A DNA stretch of 64,000 bases. Source: Tubiluchus corallicola. Its lineage: Eukaryota; Animalia; Priapulida. Of the stretch, positions 14,738-27,719 are shown in pieces. The notes beneath the pieces are model-generated. The model ran no database searches, had not been told where the DNA came from, and saw nothing but the letters and a program-made list of their open reading frames with translations. How positions within the stretch are numbered: position 1 is the stretch's first letter; each line of letters begins with the position of its first letter. The position numbers and the translations under genes were made by a program. The stretch lies in NCBI GenBank assembly GCA_030141605.1, contig JAQGDQ010001023.1, positions 1 to 64,000 on the forward strand, in the 5' to 3' direction.

Positions 14738-14929
14738 CTGAAAAAAGATACTTTGTTAACATGTTTTGTTATTTGTAAGAAATGGAACTTGCAATCATCT
14801 GAAGCTTGAAATTGTCTAAATGGATTATGCTTATGACAGTTTACATATTGCTTTTAATGTTTTTTAACTACATTTTTAACTACATTAGCTTTTAGACGTT
14901 TACTTGGCCAACTAATTGATGTACACAAA

Positions 14930-15507
<578 letters not shown>

Positions 15508-15998
15508 ATGTTCCTAGGCCTTATTGTTTGTTGTTGGCTTATGAATTATGAATAGGCTAGACCTATTTTTCTACAAGTCATGCCAACTTGTGTTAGAAAT
15601 GCAGTGAGATTCAAGTTCTGCTGGCTATGCAGACCACGTGCGTGTATGGTGCCTCTTGTACGTATCACGTTACTTATCCTCCCTTGACTAACCTGCACCT
15701 CTAACCGCATTCTTCTCTACGCACCCTAATTTTGTACCCTGCCTTTTCTTGGTCGCAAATAAACTTGGTTGAAAATAGCATTGAACAATAATGTCATCAT
15801 GAGTTCATGGCGATGATTGTGGTCGTGTCTCTTATCTGTAAATATGGATCAAGCGTTGCTTTGCAGAACTTTTGTGAATATAGTAATGATTGTTCGTGGG
15901 AAAATATATAATGTGGAATAATAATAATATGAGTTTTCGCTCAATAGTTTTTCCTGTTGCAGTAACTTTAGTGAGTTATAATTATCATTAGTCCTTAC

Positions 15999-16608
15999 CA
16001 CTTAATTCTAAAATGACGTTCTCAGGTTCTGTCTTTGGTGATAGAACAGGTTCTGCTATTCTTTCCAATGACGGGTTGCCAACGATCACAATGCTTTTCA
16101 GCTTGCCACTGTTAGACAACTGCATGGACACTTGGTTGAGCACGGGATTCCTCATAATGAACAACTTTTGCAGCCGTTCTCCTTTGTTGTCAAAACTACT
16201 GAGGTAAATTCTTTCCAGTTTTTCGTTTTCTGTGACATAAAGGTCTCTGATTCCTGCTCGTTGCGTACTTGTATCGTTGCTTACACCGATGGTTCTCAAG
16301 CGTGGACACCTGGTGATGTGTAAAACTGTAATGACCTTATCCTTCAGGAAGCCTGTTGGAAAGTATTCGTCCATGTAAAATGTGATAAATAAAAACTTGA
16401 GTTGCTTGGGTAGTATTGAGTCAATTTCTTTCATTGCATCTTTGGAGATGTGCCCATTTTTGCACTCTATGCTTCTACACGATTCGTCGTACGTACAAAG
16501 CTCTAGGTTCTCAAGACGAGGGCAGTTTGGTTTGTTGTTGTATGGGAAGCAGTTGCAAGTCTTACTTAAGCAGAGAAGTAAGGCAAAAATGTGTGATAGA
16601 TTTTTCAT
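15999..16608 (-). CDS. Nested LRR gene B, coding exon 1
   Basis: Likely start MKNLSHIFALLLCLSKTCNC at 16608 (the ORF track extends further upstream). LHITRCPRLRTI, LYVTENEKLERI, IVIVGNPSLERI. Donor ILELS G|gtaagg (phase 1). Confidence 0.88.
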
Positions 16609-16789
16609 GTCCTCCTTGCAAGTGCAGTAGGAAAAGAAAATGATTCTAGAAGTTTTTGAAGGAAAATTATAGGCTGTTAAGTTAACAATGCCTTCTACAG
16701 TAACCATGAACCCAGTTACTAACTTAACTATGTCGTTATTAGGTTGGGTCTCGAAGTTGCATTTTCCCCAAAACAATTCATTCGGGTTT

Positions 16790-17200
16790 TGTTCTTCATC
16801 ATCGAAGTGCTTCTATGTTCTAAAACATGCCACGTCCCGTCTATTGATGCCACTCATTCCTGTCCACAGTCAACACCCACGATGCATCATCCCTCAAACC
16901 TAAAGATGTATTTACTAAATCTGCTGACGACCTCTTGGTTTTTTTCTCATTTGAAGAGCTTTACGCAATGTTGCAGGAAGAGGAGACTCTTGAGGTAATC
17001 TTAGTCCATGCCCAATCCAATGCAATCTTCTTACTTGTATTTGTTTACTCCAAGGATTCTTCTTCACCACATCACCACATTATACAGATCATCATTGGAT
17101 ATTCTATGGGACTATTAAATGCCTAACAGTTTTCTGTACAGTCGTCTTAGAAAAGCGTCGCTTTCCTTCTGCTATTTAACTTTTATTGTCCATAGCCCAG
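16790..17200 (-). mobile_element. RTE-clade LINE 3' fragment just upstream of gene B
   Basis: With stops and frameshifts: WT...DAFLRRLYRKLLGI, PWSKQIQVRRLHWIGHGLRLPQESP, KKPRGR, VDRNEW. Confidence 0.75.
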
Positions 17201-17388
17201 TAATATTTAAAAATACACGTTCAACTAAAGTTGAAAAGATTCGGACTTTGATTTCAAGAGGGAGTCTGTTGTTTTGCAAAACCGTTGTGAGACTTGAACA
17301 AGTAGACAATGCTCGAAGTCGAAACCAAAATCTGAGTAGGAGAGGTGTGGTTTTGCTTGTGAAACTTCGGAAAAATGCAGGTTAAATG

Positions 17389-18383
17389 AATGTGCTAGCA
17401 ACGGCTTCCTTAGCTACCACGTTGTTCACGTGACGCTGGGTTTATAAACAATGCTACACAGTGAAATGTGACACGTGATTACCAATGTGCTAGCAACGGC
17501 TTCCTTAGCTACCACATCGTTCCAGTGACGCTGGGTTTATAAACAATGCTACACAGTGAAATGTGACACGTGATTACGAATGTGCTAGCAACGGCTTCCT
17601 TAGCTACCACATCGTTCACGTGACGCTGGGTTTATAAACAATGCTACACAGTGAAATGTGACACGTGATTACCAATGTGCTAGCAACGGCTTCCTTAGCT
17701 ACCACATCGTTCTCACCAAAACAACACAAAAACACAACCAACCAACCCCACCACACCACGTGACGCTGGGTTTATAAACAATGCTACACAGTGAAATGTG
17801 ACACGTGATTACCAATGTGCTAGCAACGGCTTCCTTAGCTACCACATCGTTCACGTGACGCTGGGTTTATAAACAATGCTACACAGTGAAATGTGACACG
17901 TGATTACCAATGTGCTAGCAACGGCTTCCTTAGCTACCACATCGTTCTCGTGACGCTGGGTTTATAAACAATGCTACACAGTGAAATGTGACACGTGATT
18001 ACGAATGTGCTAGCAACGGCTTCCTTAGCTACCGCATCGTTCACGTGACGCTGGGTTTATAAACAATGCTACACAGTGAAATGTGACACGTGATTACCAA
18101 TGTGCTAGCAACGGCTTCCTTAGCTACCGCATCGTTCACGTGACGCTGGGTTTATAAACAATGCTACACAGTGAAATGTGACACGTGATTACCAATGTGC
18201 TAGCAACGGCTTCCTTAGCTACCGCATCGTTCACGTGACGCTGGGTTTATAAACAATGCTACACAGTGAAATGTGACACGTGATTACCAATGTGCTAGCA
18301 ACGGCTTCCTTAGCTACCGCATCGTTCACGTGACGCTGGGTTTATAAACAATGCTACACAGTGCAATGTGACACGTGATTACT
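17389..18383. repeat. 95-bp minisatellite, about 10 copies
   Basis: Unit AATGTGCTAGCAACGGCTTCCTTAGCTACC...CACGTGACGCTGGG...GACACGTGATTACC. Confidence 0.97.
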
Positions 18384-19495
18384 AAACGCAAACTCTTCCA
18401 ATGCGAATAATTCAACACCGCCATCTGAAATGCAAAAGGCTCGAAATGAAGTTCCAGACTTTTTTTCGAAAATAACACTTTCACCCCGGATTTCCTCATG
18501 TGTAAGTCTCTAAGAAAACCTTAGTTAGATCATTTTCTTCCTATTTTTATGAGTTGTACGTGACCTTTAAGCAAATGTGATATCGGCATCGTTAATTTAG
18601 TGATGGTTTTATGAAGCTTCCCCCTGGCTAACAGCAGTCCTACTAGACTGTTGTTTTGCCGCTTGTATATTAGTCCATGTATTTTCGATGAAATTAATTC
18701 AAGTCACAGCTAGATAACACGCTAGCTAATTAATGTTATTAATTAGGACTTAAACGATATTGATTTGACTAACAAGTCTGTAATAAGACAGATTCGTGTA
18801 ATGACGGTTCGTTTCCGAGATATCAAAAAACCTAACTCCTAAAGATAGTCAGTTATCATATAAAATTATATGTCAATATTAATTTATTATGCACTATTCT
18901 TGTGAAATGTCTTTATTTCGTTATTTTAAATGTAAATGTTTTAAATAGGCGTCAATGAAAAGTAAATCATCTAAAAATTCAACATCGTTTTTAACTGAGA
19001 AAATGTGGATTATATTTGGCAAGACCTGAGTAAACAAATTTTTATTTATCTTTTGAGATGGAAGCTTTCTTTTTTAAACGGGATAAAATGTACCAGATAT
19101 CCGGCAGCTTCCAAGTAATATTCAAGTTGTAATTGAGTTATTTGTGATTTTGATATTGTTTTGTTACACCATCATTAATTCCCAAAATAAGCTAAACTGA
19201 GATTATGTTATGAGAAAACAGTGTCTCCACATGCGAGATTTATTTAAAAGACAAAATAAAAGCAAAAAATTAAAAAAATACAAAACGATTTTCTAATAAA
19301 TCTAAAATCTTCTAAATTCTAATGTTTTAAATAAAATCTTGAAACTCATCTTCAAAAAGCTTTCCTGCACAAAATAGCAACAATGGAGTATAGGAATGTT
19401 TTTAACATTATTGAACAGCTGAAATGTTAATGAATTTTTTCCAAAAAGGAAACTTCTTCGCTAAGAAATCAGTCTATGAAGTAAGTTTTATGGAT

Positions 19496-19728
19496 TTAGG
19501 CTGCGATGAAGAACATGACAACAAAAATGAGGAGCAGAACAGGAAGTGACATATACTGATGAACCGAGACTTCCGCTGAGAGTTCTGGGAAGCCATCACA
19601 GAACTCGTCCACTTTTACTTCTCTTTCTCTGTAGTTAAATTTAAGTGGTGAGTCACAGTCAACGATGGAAACCACCCAAGGCTTTTCTTTGGTCCATTTC
19701 ATGTCACAGTCGCATATAAATTTGTTTT
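19496..19728 (-). CDS. Nested LRR gene C, coding exon 2 (LRRCT + hydrophobic tail)
   Basis: ctttttag|AA AAC. Joins as ELT-Q-NKFICDCDMKW...VLLLIFVVMFFIAA*. Spliced CDS 837 nt = 278 aa. Confidence 0.9.
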
Positions 19729-20696
19729 CTAAAAAGAGCAACAAAATTGAAAAAATAAATTTCAACTTCATAATTAGCGAAGTGTCAAAATGTGGATTAG
19801 CGTAACTAGAATTAACAAGCACCATACACCAGAATGATAGCACATAAAAACTATTTTCTCTTATTATAGATTTGAATTCAAAATCGTTAAAGCAGTCATG
19901 TTAATGTAAGACAAGGGCATTGTCTTTGCAAATCTGTCTAATTTTATTTTAACAGAGTAGGCCTTTTCATAGTTTCATTGTGCGCATTTTTACGATCATC
20001 ATCAATTGCTGGAACTGTGAAAAGGTTTACTGGGCTGTACGTACTTAATCGTAATGTCAAACTAACGCAGGTGGTTGTTGCAATTCTGGAACCTTAACGG
20101 TGACGATCTGAGGTTCATCATCTAAGATGCGATTCAGAACCAGCAATGGTTCGCATGTGAGCATATTTTCGCTAATTTGTATAAAGTACCAAAACTGGAA
20201 CAGTGAAAAAATCGTCCAGTACAAATATTGGTTAACCATACATTTAATTATTAGATTTGCCTGTTTAAGTTTAGGCTAGTCCTATGTAATTCTGGTGGAC
20301 ATACTAATTCCACTCCGGTGGACAGGCCAAAACTTTAGTAAACTACAATTAATTTAATTTTAACCTTCTGCACAAGGTTAAGATTAAGGTTATGTGACAC
20401 CTTAACAGAGATGTGACCAAGGTCCACCACAGATTAATAATTGAATAGTTGTAATAATAACGCCACAGCTTTAGAATTACAAAAGACTAGGCACTAATCG
20501 TTAAACGTGTGTAAAATGTAGTGTATTAATAAAGTAGTTTTTAATCTATCAAATTGTCTTATCATACTGGTCTCCAACCATTAAACCATTGACTCGAAAC
20601 ACCTTAGCACCAATGCATCTGTACCCAGATGCAGCTACTGAGTTCCAGGGGAAAAAACAGGCACACACTTTTGCATTTTGTTCATGACATACTTAC

Positions 20697-21300
20697 GAGT
20701 AAGTTCCAATACAATCTTCTCGGGTTCTGCTGCCTTTGCTAAAACTGGTGCCTTTATCGTTTCCAGATTCTTGTTAAGCGTAACTGAAATTTTGTAAAGC
20801 CTTGTGCTGTTTTTGAGAATCAGCTTTAGTTCCTTTAGCTTGTCGTTTTTCGTGATGATTACTTCTTCCAGACTCTGCACTTCCGAGTCAACAGATGCGG
20901 TAGACACCATTTCCAGCTCGGGATTTTCTGCTACGACAAACGCTCTTGAAATCAGCGCTTTTACATTGTCAACTTTTTTCAGTCTTGGAGATTTCATTAT
21001 ATACAGTTTTTCGATCAATTTTTTGTCGAGAAAATTTCCTGGGAATTTGGCGCTTTCATACTGCAAGATACCTAGACTTTTCATAAAACCAGGCAACTTT
21101 GGTGCAATCTCCTTCATCTTGTTTTCGTCTATCTTGAAATCCGGATAAATACCGCACGTGATAATTGTACAAGTTTTGTCGTATTCACACTGTGGTAGTT
21201 TGTTGATTTCTAAACAATCAAGCTCTGAACCATCTTCATCAAGCTCTGAACCACTGACAACAGCCAAAAATAAGGCGGACACAACAAGTTGTTTTTGCAT
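20697..21300 (-). CDS. Nested LRR gene C, coding exon 1
   Basis: MQKQLVVSALFLAVVSG; Cys cap; LYIMKSPRLKKV, FVVAENPELEMV, VIITKNDKLKEL. Donor VLELT C|gtaagt (phase 1). Confidence 0.9.
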
Positions 21301-22259
21301 GATTTATTCGAGAAAGCAAACGCTTGTAATCTCTTGCAATATTGACTCTTAAAAACGAAAATCAAAATGACAATGAAAAAGAACAGATATATTCTAAAAA
21401 GGTATTCAAACACTGAAAGATCCAGAAGCGCCAACAATAGTAAAACGTCAAAGAATACAATAGAGAAGTGCGATTTTGTTCTGCACTCGCTTTTCAACAT
21501 CGATATCGAGCAATACTTGCAGCAATATATCTCCTTGGAACTCAAAAGTCAAGCTGTAAAGATTAAGGCGGTTAAAACACCTTCTCAGATTACAAACAGA
21601 AAAAATCACCCCAAAGAATACCTTAAAACCTTGCAAAAAACAACTTAGCAAACCAGAAGATTTACGTTTTTACCTTCAGATAAGAGTGGGTGGAATACTC
21701 CAATAACAGAAATGGTACTGTCTACAACAGACGAAATGAGACTTTGATGATACTATACGCAGAAGTCTTATAAGTAGCGCCTAACAAGTCATTGGTTTAC
21801 TGGTACTACAACTGGAACATTCCCATTCTGTCACAGTAATAGTTATTTGTACAGACGAGGCAAACAAACAAAAAAAAACAAAAAAAAAAAAACAGGTAAA
21901 AACAATAAAGCCATGAAAAAGAATGTTTAATTTTGCATGTTGCACACAGTATAAAAATTTTTCTACAAAAATTGACGCAAACAGCGCGTCTCTCACAGTA
22001 AACATTTACTAAACGTGGCAAAATCATTGCTTTTTAATTGTTTGATATGTTTTTTTTTCTTACACAAAGTTTTGCATCATACAAGAGTATAAGTTGGTTC
22101 ACAATTTTTGAAAGCCTCCTCTAACTTAGTTTGCTGCAAAAGCCTGGTGCGTGTGTCCAGACTGTCATACATTTCTGATGAAATAGAGCCAACAAACGTA
22201 GTCCAGCAATACAGGCAGTGGTCACGTGCAAAAATTCAGCCCTCTGATTGGGTACATCT

Positions 22260-22328
<69 letters not shown>

Positions 22329-22774
22329 AGAAGCATACGCAGAAGTCTTGTAGGTAGCGCCTAACTTTTGAAGATGAGAACGCAATATTGTAAGGTGTCG
22401 GAATAATGATGCACTTTTAGAAAGAGAAAGCCCTAATCTACGTTTCCTACAGTGTAATCTGAATCAGAGTTTATGATTTTTATTAATATTAATAAAAGGT
22501 GATACAACAAGGAAGCCATTCAAAACGTTTTTATTTGCCAAGTAAAATTTTACAAGAATTAAACAAATAGAATTAAAAAACACTCTAAATAAAATTTTAA
22601 AATACTTTTAACTAATAATATTAAAAGGAAATTCTTAATAAAATTCAAAAGAATTAAAAAAGTAGAAACAAACGAATAAATTAAGAAATAAACAAGAAAC
22701 TAGTAGGATTTCGCTAGAATTGAAAAGGCAGAGTTTTGTCTAAGTGCGATGTCGTGTAGTGTTATCAGTTAGAG

Positions 22775-23007
22775 TTAGACTGATGTAAGAAACACAATAA
22801 CTAAAGCGAAAAGCAGAAGCTGGAGAGCTATGTTCTGATGAACGGAGAATTGACCCGCGGGAAGGAGGGTACCATCACAAAGCTGCTCGGCAGTAACAGA
22901 CATTTCCTGATGTGTGAACTTAGCTGGTGTTTCACAATCAAGAAGCGAAACCGCCCATGGCCTGTCTTTGGTCCACTTCAATGCACAGTTACAGTTTAAC
23001 TTGTTTT
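22775..23007 (-). CDS. Nested LRR gene D, coding exon 2 (LRRCT + GPI-type hydrophobic tail)
   Basis: ttttttcag|AA AAC. Joins as ELT-K-NKLNCNCALKW...LLLFALVIVFLTSV*. Spliced CDS 828 nt = 275 aa. Confidence 0.9.
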
Positions 23008-23261
23008 CTGAAAAAATAAATAATAAAATAAAAATTGTTCTATATAATAATATTTACTGTTACAAATACTTACTGGTTTTATGTAGTATCAGCATTGAAA
23101 AGTAACGAGGAGTTTCATTATTTACAGTCCAATGACACGCCCTTACAGGACTGGATCTGCCACTAGGCAAATTACGCAGTTTCTAGAGCCGGCCCCATTC
23201 ATATTTTGTTGAGGTCATAAACCAGGGATAACACCTCAAGTACTTTTTCCGAGGTAGTCCA

Positions 23262-23405
23262 GATTATTATTACACGCATCTTACTTCGACCAGTAAGCGG
23301 GTCAAGGAAACCAGTGGTACCATTTTATAATTCTTTGGTATTACATCGTCGGAATTGAACCCGCGACCTCCCAGAAGGAAATCGAGAACGCTATGCCATT
23401 AAGCA
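23262..23405 (-). mobile_element. tRNA-derived SINE (Meta-SINE-like core), in gene D intron
   Basis: B box GGTTCAATTCC followed by ATACCAAAGAATTATAAAATGGTAC. Same family as the copies at about 43100 and 49380. Confidence 0.65.
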
Positions 23406-24739
23406 AAGATAGTTTAGAAGCAGAAACACTGCAGTCCAACTGATTCAACTCCGCACAAGCAAATTTTTTCTTCGTTTACGTATTCAAATTTTGTATAAAA
23501 CTGGGATCATTCGGAATAGATTTTTCTATTGTGCCCCTAGAAAGAACGATTCTATCGTAGGATAGTTTCGAGGTATAAGAATCGCTCCATTTACAACACG
23601 GAGCAGATTCATCCTAGAATTTCGTTGTCTCAGTACATGCACACGGCTTTCAAATTTATATCCACAATTTACATGCAAAATTTGGAGAGAAAAGTCGTCC
23701 ATCAGAAACATTGTAACATTTTAGGAACAAGTCGCAATTTAATTGACTGAACACGCATGCGTGCGTGGTGGACAGAGTCTGGTCTTCTGCCATATGAGTT
23801 TTGTGAGCAAAACTGAACTTCAATAAGATTTTTAATTTCTATTTCTTATTTTTACTTATTTTTCTTTTAAACATAAGGGGAATCTTCTCCAGACCCCTGT
23901 AAAACTTTGGTTAACAAAGCTCTAATTATTAATCAAATTATGTCGCTCGTATCATATAAATGAGGCTAGGATTAAGTAATTAAATCTCTTATCAGCCGCA
24001 GGATTATACTTCTGAAAGTTCCTTCACCCCAGCTAGTAAGTCTGATCCTGGGAAAGATGGAATTTTGCCGCCCCTTATGTTGTTTACCTCCGTAATACGC
24101 AATCGACGATAATTGTACGTAAAACTTGAAAGTGATTGTGTCACTTAACATAAGTAACTAAACGAGATACTTCAATCCACGGGAGACTGTAACAACGTAA
24201 CAGGAGTAAAGAGCCGAGAGGGCGCTTTTGAAATTTTCTTGGAAACAAAAACCTGGAAGTTCTTGGGGATTTCTGCTTGGCTTCCGATGAAAGAACAGCT
24301 CTTCCCTTAGCTCATGTAATAGTAAAAAGAGCAGTAAATTTGAAATTTAAGCTTGTTACACACAGCAGAACTGTGACAGATTGTGTACAATTGAGACAGG
24401 TGGTTGACAATGACGCCACCCGATTTAAAGCCCCAGTTATTACCAATGGCCAAATGTTATTACAATAATTATACAAATATTTGACAAACAAGAGAATAGA
24501 GAAATAGGTCTTTAATTTAAAATTCGTTGACTGTCACTTTGTTTATATGCTAGGCAAACGTTTGGTGGTTCCCAGATTTTAGCAAAATAACCTGCACATG
24601 GAATATTAAATAAACGAGTCAGTGGCTAATTTAATGAGGGGGCGCCTGCTTTGAACACATGATTACTAATACCGTCCTGACCAGAGCCTTAATTTTGGAA
24701 AGGTTTGGTTTGTAAGATAAGTAAAGTAAGGTAACTTAC

Positions 24740-25334
24740 TCGTAAGTTCCAACACGGTATTCTTCGGGTCGTGGTCCTCTGCTAACACAGGTTCCTGTAT
24801 TGTTTCCAGTTTTATGTTAGAGCTAATTTCAATTTTTTGGATACCTGGAGTGTGCTTAAGGACCAATTTTACTTCCGTTAACTTGTCATTGCCTGTGATG
24901 ATCACTTCTTCCAGGGTCGCTTGCTCTTTGTCGATATATTCAGTTGTTATAAAATCGAGTTCAGGATTATCTTTTACTACCAACGCGTCTGTGATCAAAC
25001 CATGAATGACCATAATTCTCTTTAGCTTCTCACACCCCTCAAACTCAAGCCTGTTGACGAGCTTTTTTTCAAGAAAATTATCTGGGAGGTCCTCGTCGTC
25101 ATATTTTGCCGCAATTGTCAGAACTGTCATAAAATCTGGCAAAGCTTCTGAAATTGTTTGCAATAAATTCTTGTCGATCACATTGAAATCTCCACATCTA
25201 ATATTTGTGCACTGTTGATCGTACGAGCACTCAGGTCGTTTAACAAGCGTGTCCGCACAACCAGAAGAAAGAATATTTGGACGGGCATGAACAACAGCCA
25301 AGAAAGAAGTCAAGATAAGGAAATGTTCTTGCAT
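24740..25334 (-). CDS. Nested LRR gene D, coding exon 1 (signal peptide, Cys cap, LRRs)
   Basis: MQEHFLILTSFLAVVHA; C-x8-C-x5-C-x4-C cap; repeats such as LVVKDNPELDFI and VIITGNDKLTEV. Donor VLELT A|gtaagt (phase 1). Confidence 0.9.
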
Positions 25335-26521
25335 GGTGCTTTCTGGGGATTTAAACTCACACTAAATTTTCGCAATGAGTTTTTAAAGTCGAACGAGTTA
25401 AAATGTATTCCGAATAAAGTAATTGTGATGAAATGAGACAAACACTCAATATTGTGAATGGATAAAACAATGGAAACGAAAGTAACGTAACAAAACAGAA
25501 TTGATTCTGCTAAATTACGTGTTTATTTTGTTGGCTTCTTTGCACATTTATAGTATAAAAATGCAAAAAGGATATTTTCGTTTGTTTGCAAAGCTAAATG
25601 TTTTGATCATATCATTATAAGATATAAACATGTAGAATTCGATTTTATCTGAAGTCTTTTCTGTCTTAACATTTACTATTTGTGATGACTTTAAAGTCAA
25701 TACATAAACTTGTTTTTCGTAAATTATTTTTAAAGTTAATGTGCGTATCTCACCTTGTTTTTCTCCCAGGAGTTAATACTATAACAGAGTTTTATATCTA
25801 GAATCCGACACTGTCCATCATCACATCTCACTTCTGTTTTTCTAGTATGTTTAACGATGCTATAACAGCAGACTGGTCGCTATTTTTGCTGTACGCTAAC
25901 TAACGTGGAGATTTTTCAATAACAATTTTTTGGAAAGTTATATTAGCTTTAAGGGCTAAAGTTAACACACTAAAAATTGACAAATTAGTACCAACATTTA
26001 TGACTGTAACTTAATATGAGGTCTAACACATTTATTAATGCGTTTCAATATGACGTTTAACTAGAACTTTTAGAAGTTCGTGATGTGGCGCCACTGTACC
26101 GTCAAACAAATTCGAGAAAGTTGTAGTTATTTGTGGTTTAGTTAATTACATTTCCAAACTTTGAAACACAGACAATGTGAAAAAAATTAAATCGAGCCTG
26201 GACTACACTAAAACAGATTTAAAAGAAAATAAAATTAACCAAAAAATAATTAAATAAAACAGATAAATAAGAGAAAATAGAAGAAATACGCACTAATCAT
26301 CAATGGTTATGAAAAATTTTTAAATTATTGAAAACTGATTCTGAATGACAAATTTACGTGCTATTGATTTCTGAATATTGCAATAAAATAGTATTTTAAA
26401 TTGCTATTATTTTTGCTTACATTGTTCTACCAGATTCATCATCCAAGCACCTTATCTCACACAAATAAATTTTCTTTCAAAATTTCGAGTTCTTATTTTC
26501 TGCAGTCGAAATCACGATTCC

Positions 26522-27069
26522 TGAGAATCCGGTGTAAAAACCCGCGTCGACGCGCACGTGTCAATCACACGATCCATGAGAATCCGGTGTAAAAACCCGC
26601 GTCGATGCGCACGTGTAAATCACAAGATCCATGAGAATCCGGTGTAAAAATCCGCGTCGATGCGCACGTGTAAATCACACTATCCATGAGAATCCGGTGT
26701 AAAAACCCGCGTCGACGCGCACGTGTAAATCACACGATCCATGAGAATCCGGTGTAAAAACCCGCGTCGATGCGCACGTGTCAATCACAAGATCCATGAG
26801 AATCCTGTGTAAAAACCCGCGTCGACGCGCACGTGTAAATCACAAGATCCATGAGAATCCTGTGTAAAAACCCGCGTCGATGCGCACGTGTAAATCACAA
26901 GATCCATGAGAATCCGGTGTAAAAACCCGCGTCGACGCGCACGTGTCAATCACAAGATCCATGAGAATCCGGTGTAAAAACCCGCGTCGACGCGCACGTG
27001 TCAATCACACGATCCACGAGAATCCGGTGTAAAAACCCGCGTCGACGCGCACGTGTAAATCACACGATC
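26522..27069. repeat. 55-bp CpG-rich minisatellite, about 10 copies
   Basis: Unit GAGAATCCGGTGTAAAAACCCGCGTCGACGCGCACGTGTAAATCACAAGATCCAT. Confidence 0.97.
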
Positions 27070-27439
27070 ATTTAAAAATCGCGCACAACAAAAGCATAAA
27101 AAGTTTTTATTTAAACAAAATGACCGAATCAGCAAAACGACTTTGAGGCAGTGTCACGTGACATGGCTGCTAAGCTCTGCGAGTAACACAGATGCTGCGC
27201 TGCGTGCTATACAACTGTAACTTTTGTCGTCACAAATAATTACGACAAAATTAATTACCCAAAATCATATATACAACATCGTAATGCCAATTATGATCTT
27301 GGCTATTATCACGAGAAACTGCCATTGTATCATTGCGGTGCCATCAACACCATTCTGAAGTAAATCAGTTTATAAATCAGTTTATAATCAATTTATAATG
27401 CATCTGTTAGATTACACGAAAATATTCAAAAATACTTAC

Positions 27440-27511
27440 AATGCGTTTAGTCGTGGAGTCCCTGAAAATGCGCCGGATGGAAGTGATTTCAATCTGTTGT
27501 GATTTAAATTT
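27440..27511 (-). CDS. Host LRR gene exon (72 bp LRR)
   Basis: ttcttctttcag| ... |gtaagt, phase 2-2. Translates (L)NLNHNRLKSLPSGAFSGTPRLNA(L), a typical-class LRR. Confidence 0.92.
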
Positions 27512-27566
27512 CTGAAAGAAGAAGAAAATTCAAAATTATACACACGTAGCAATGATCCTCTCTTCC

Positions 27567-27617
<51 letters not shown>

Positions 27618-27719
27618 CTTCCGCGCTTTCTCACTTTCTCTCTTCTCTCTCCATCTCTTTTTCTCTCTCTATTTCTTTCTCTCTCTCTTACTCCCTTTCT
27701 GTCTCTCTTTTCTCATTTG

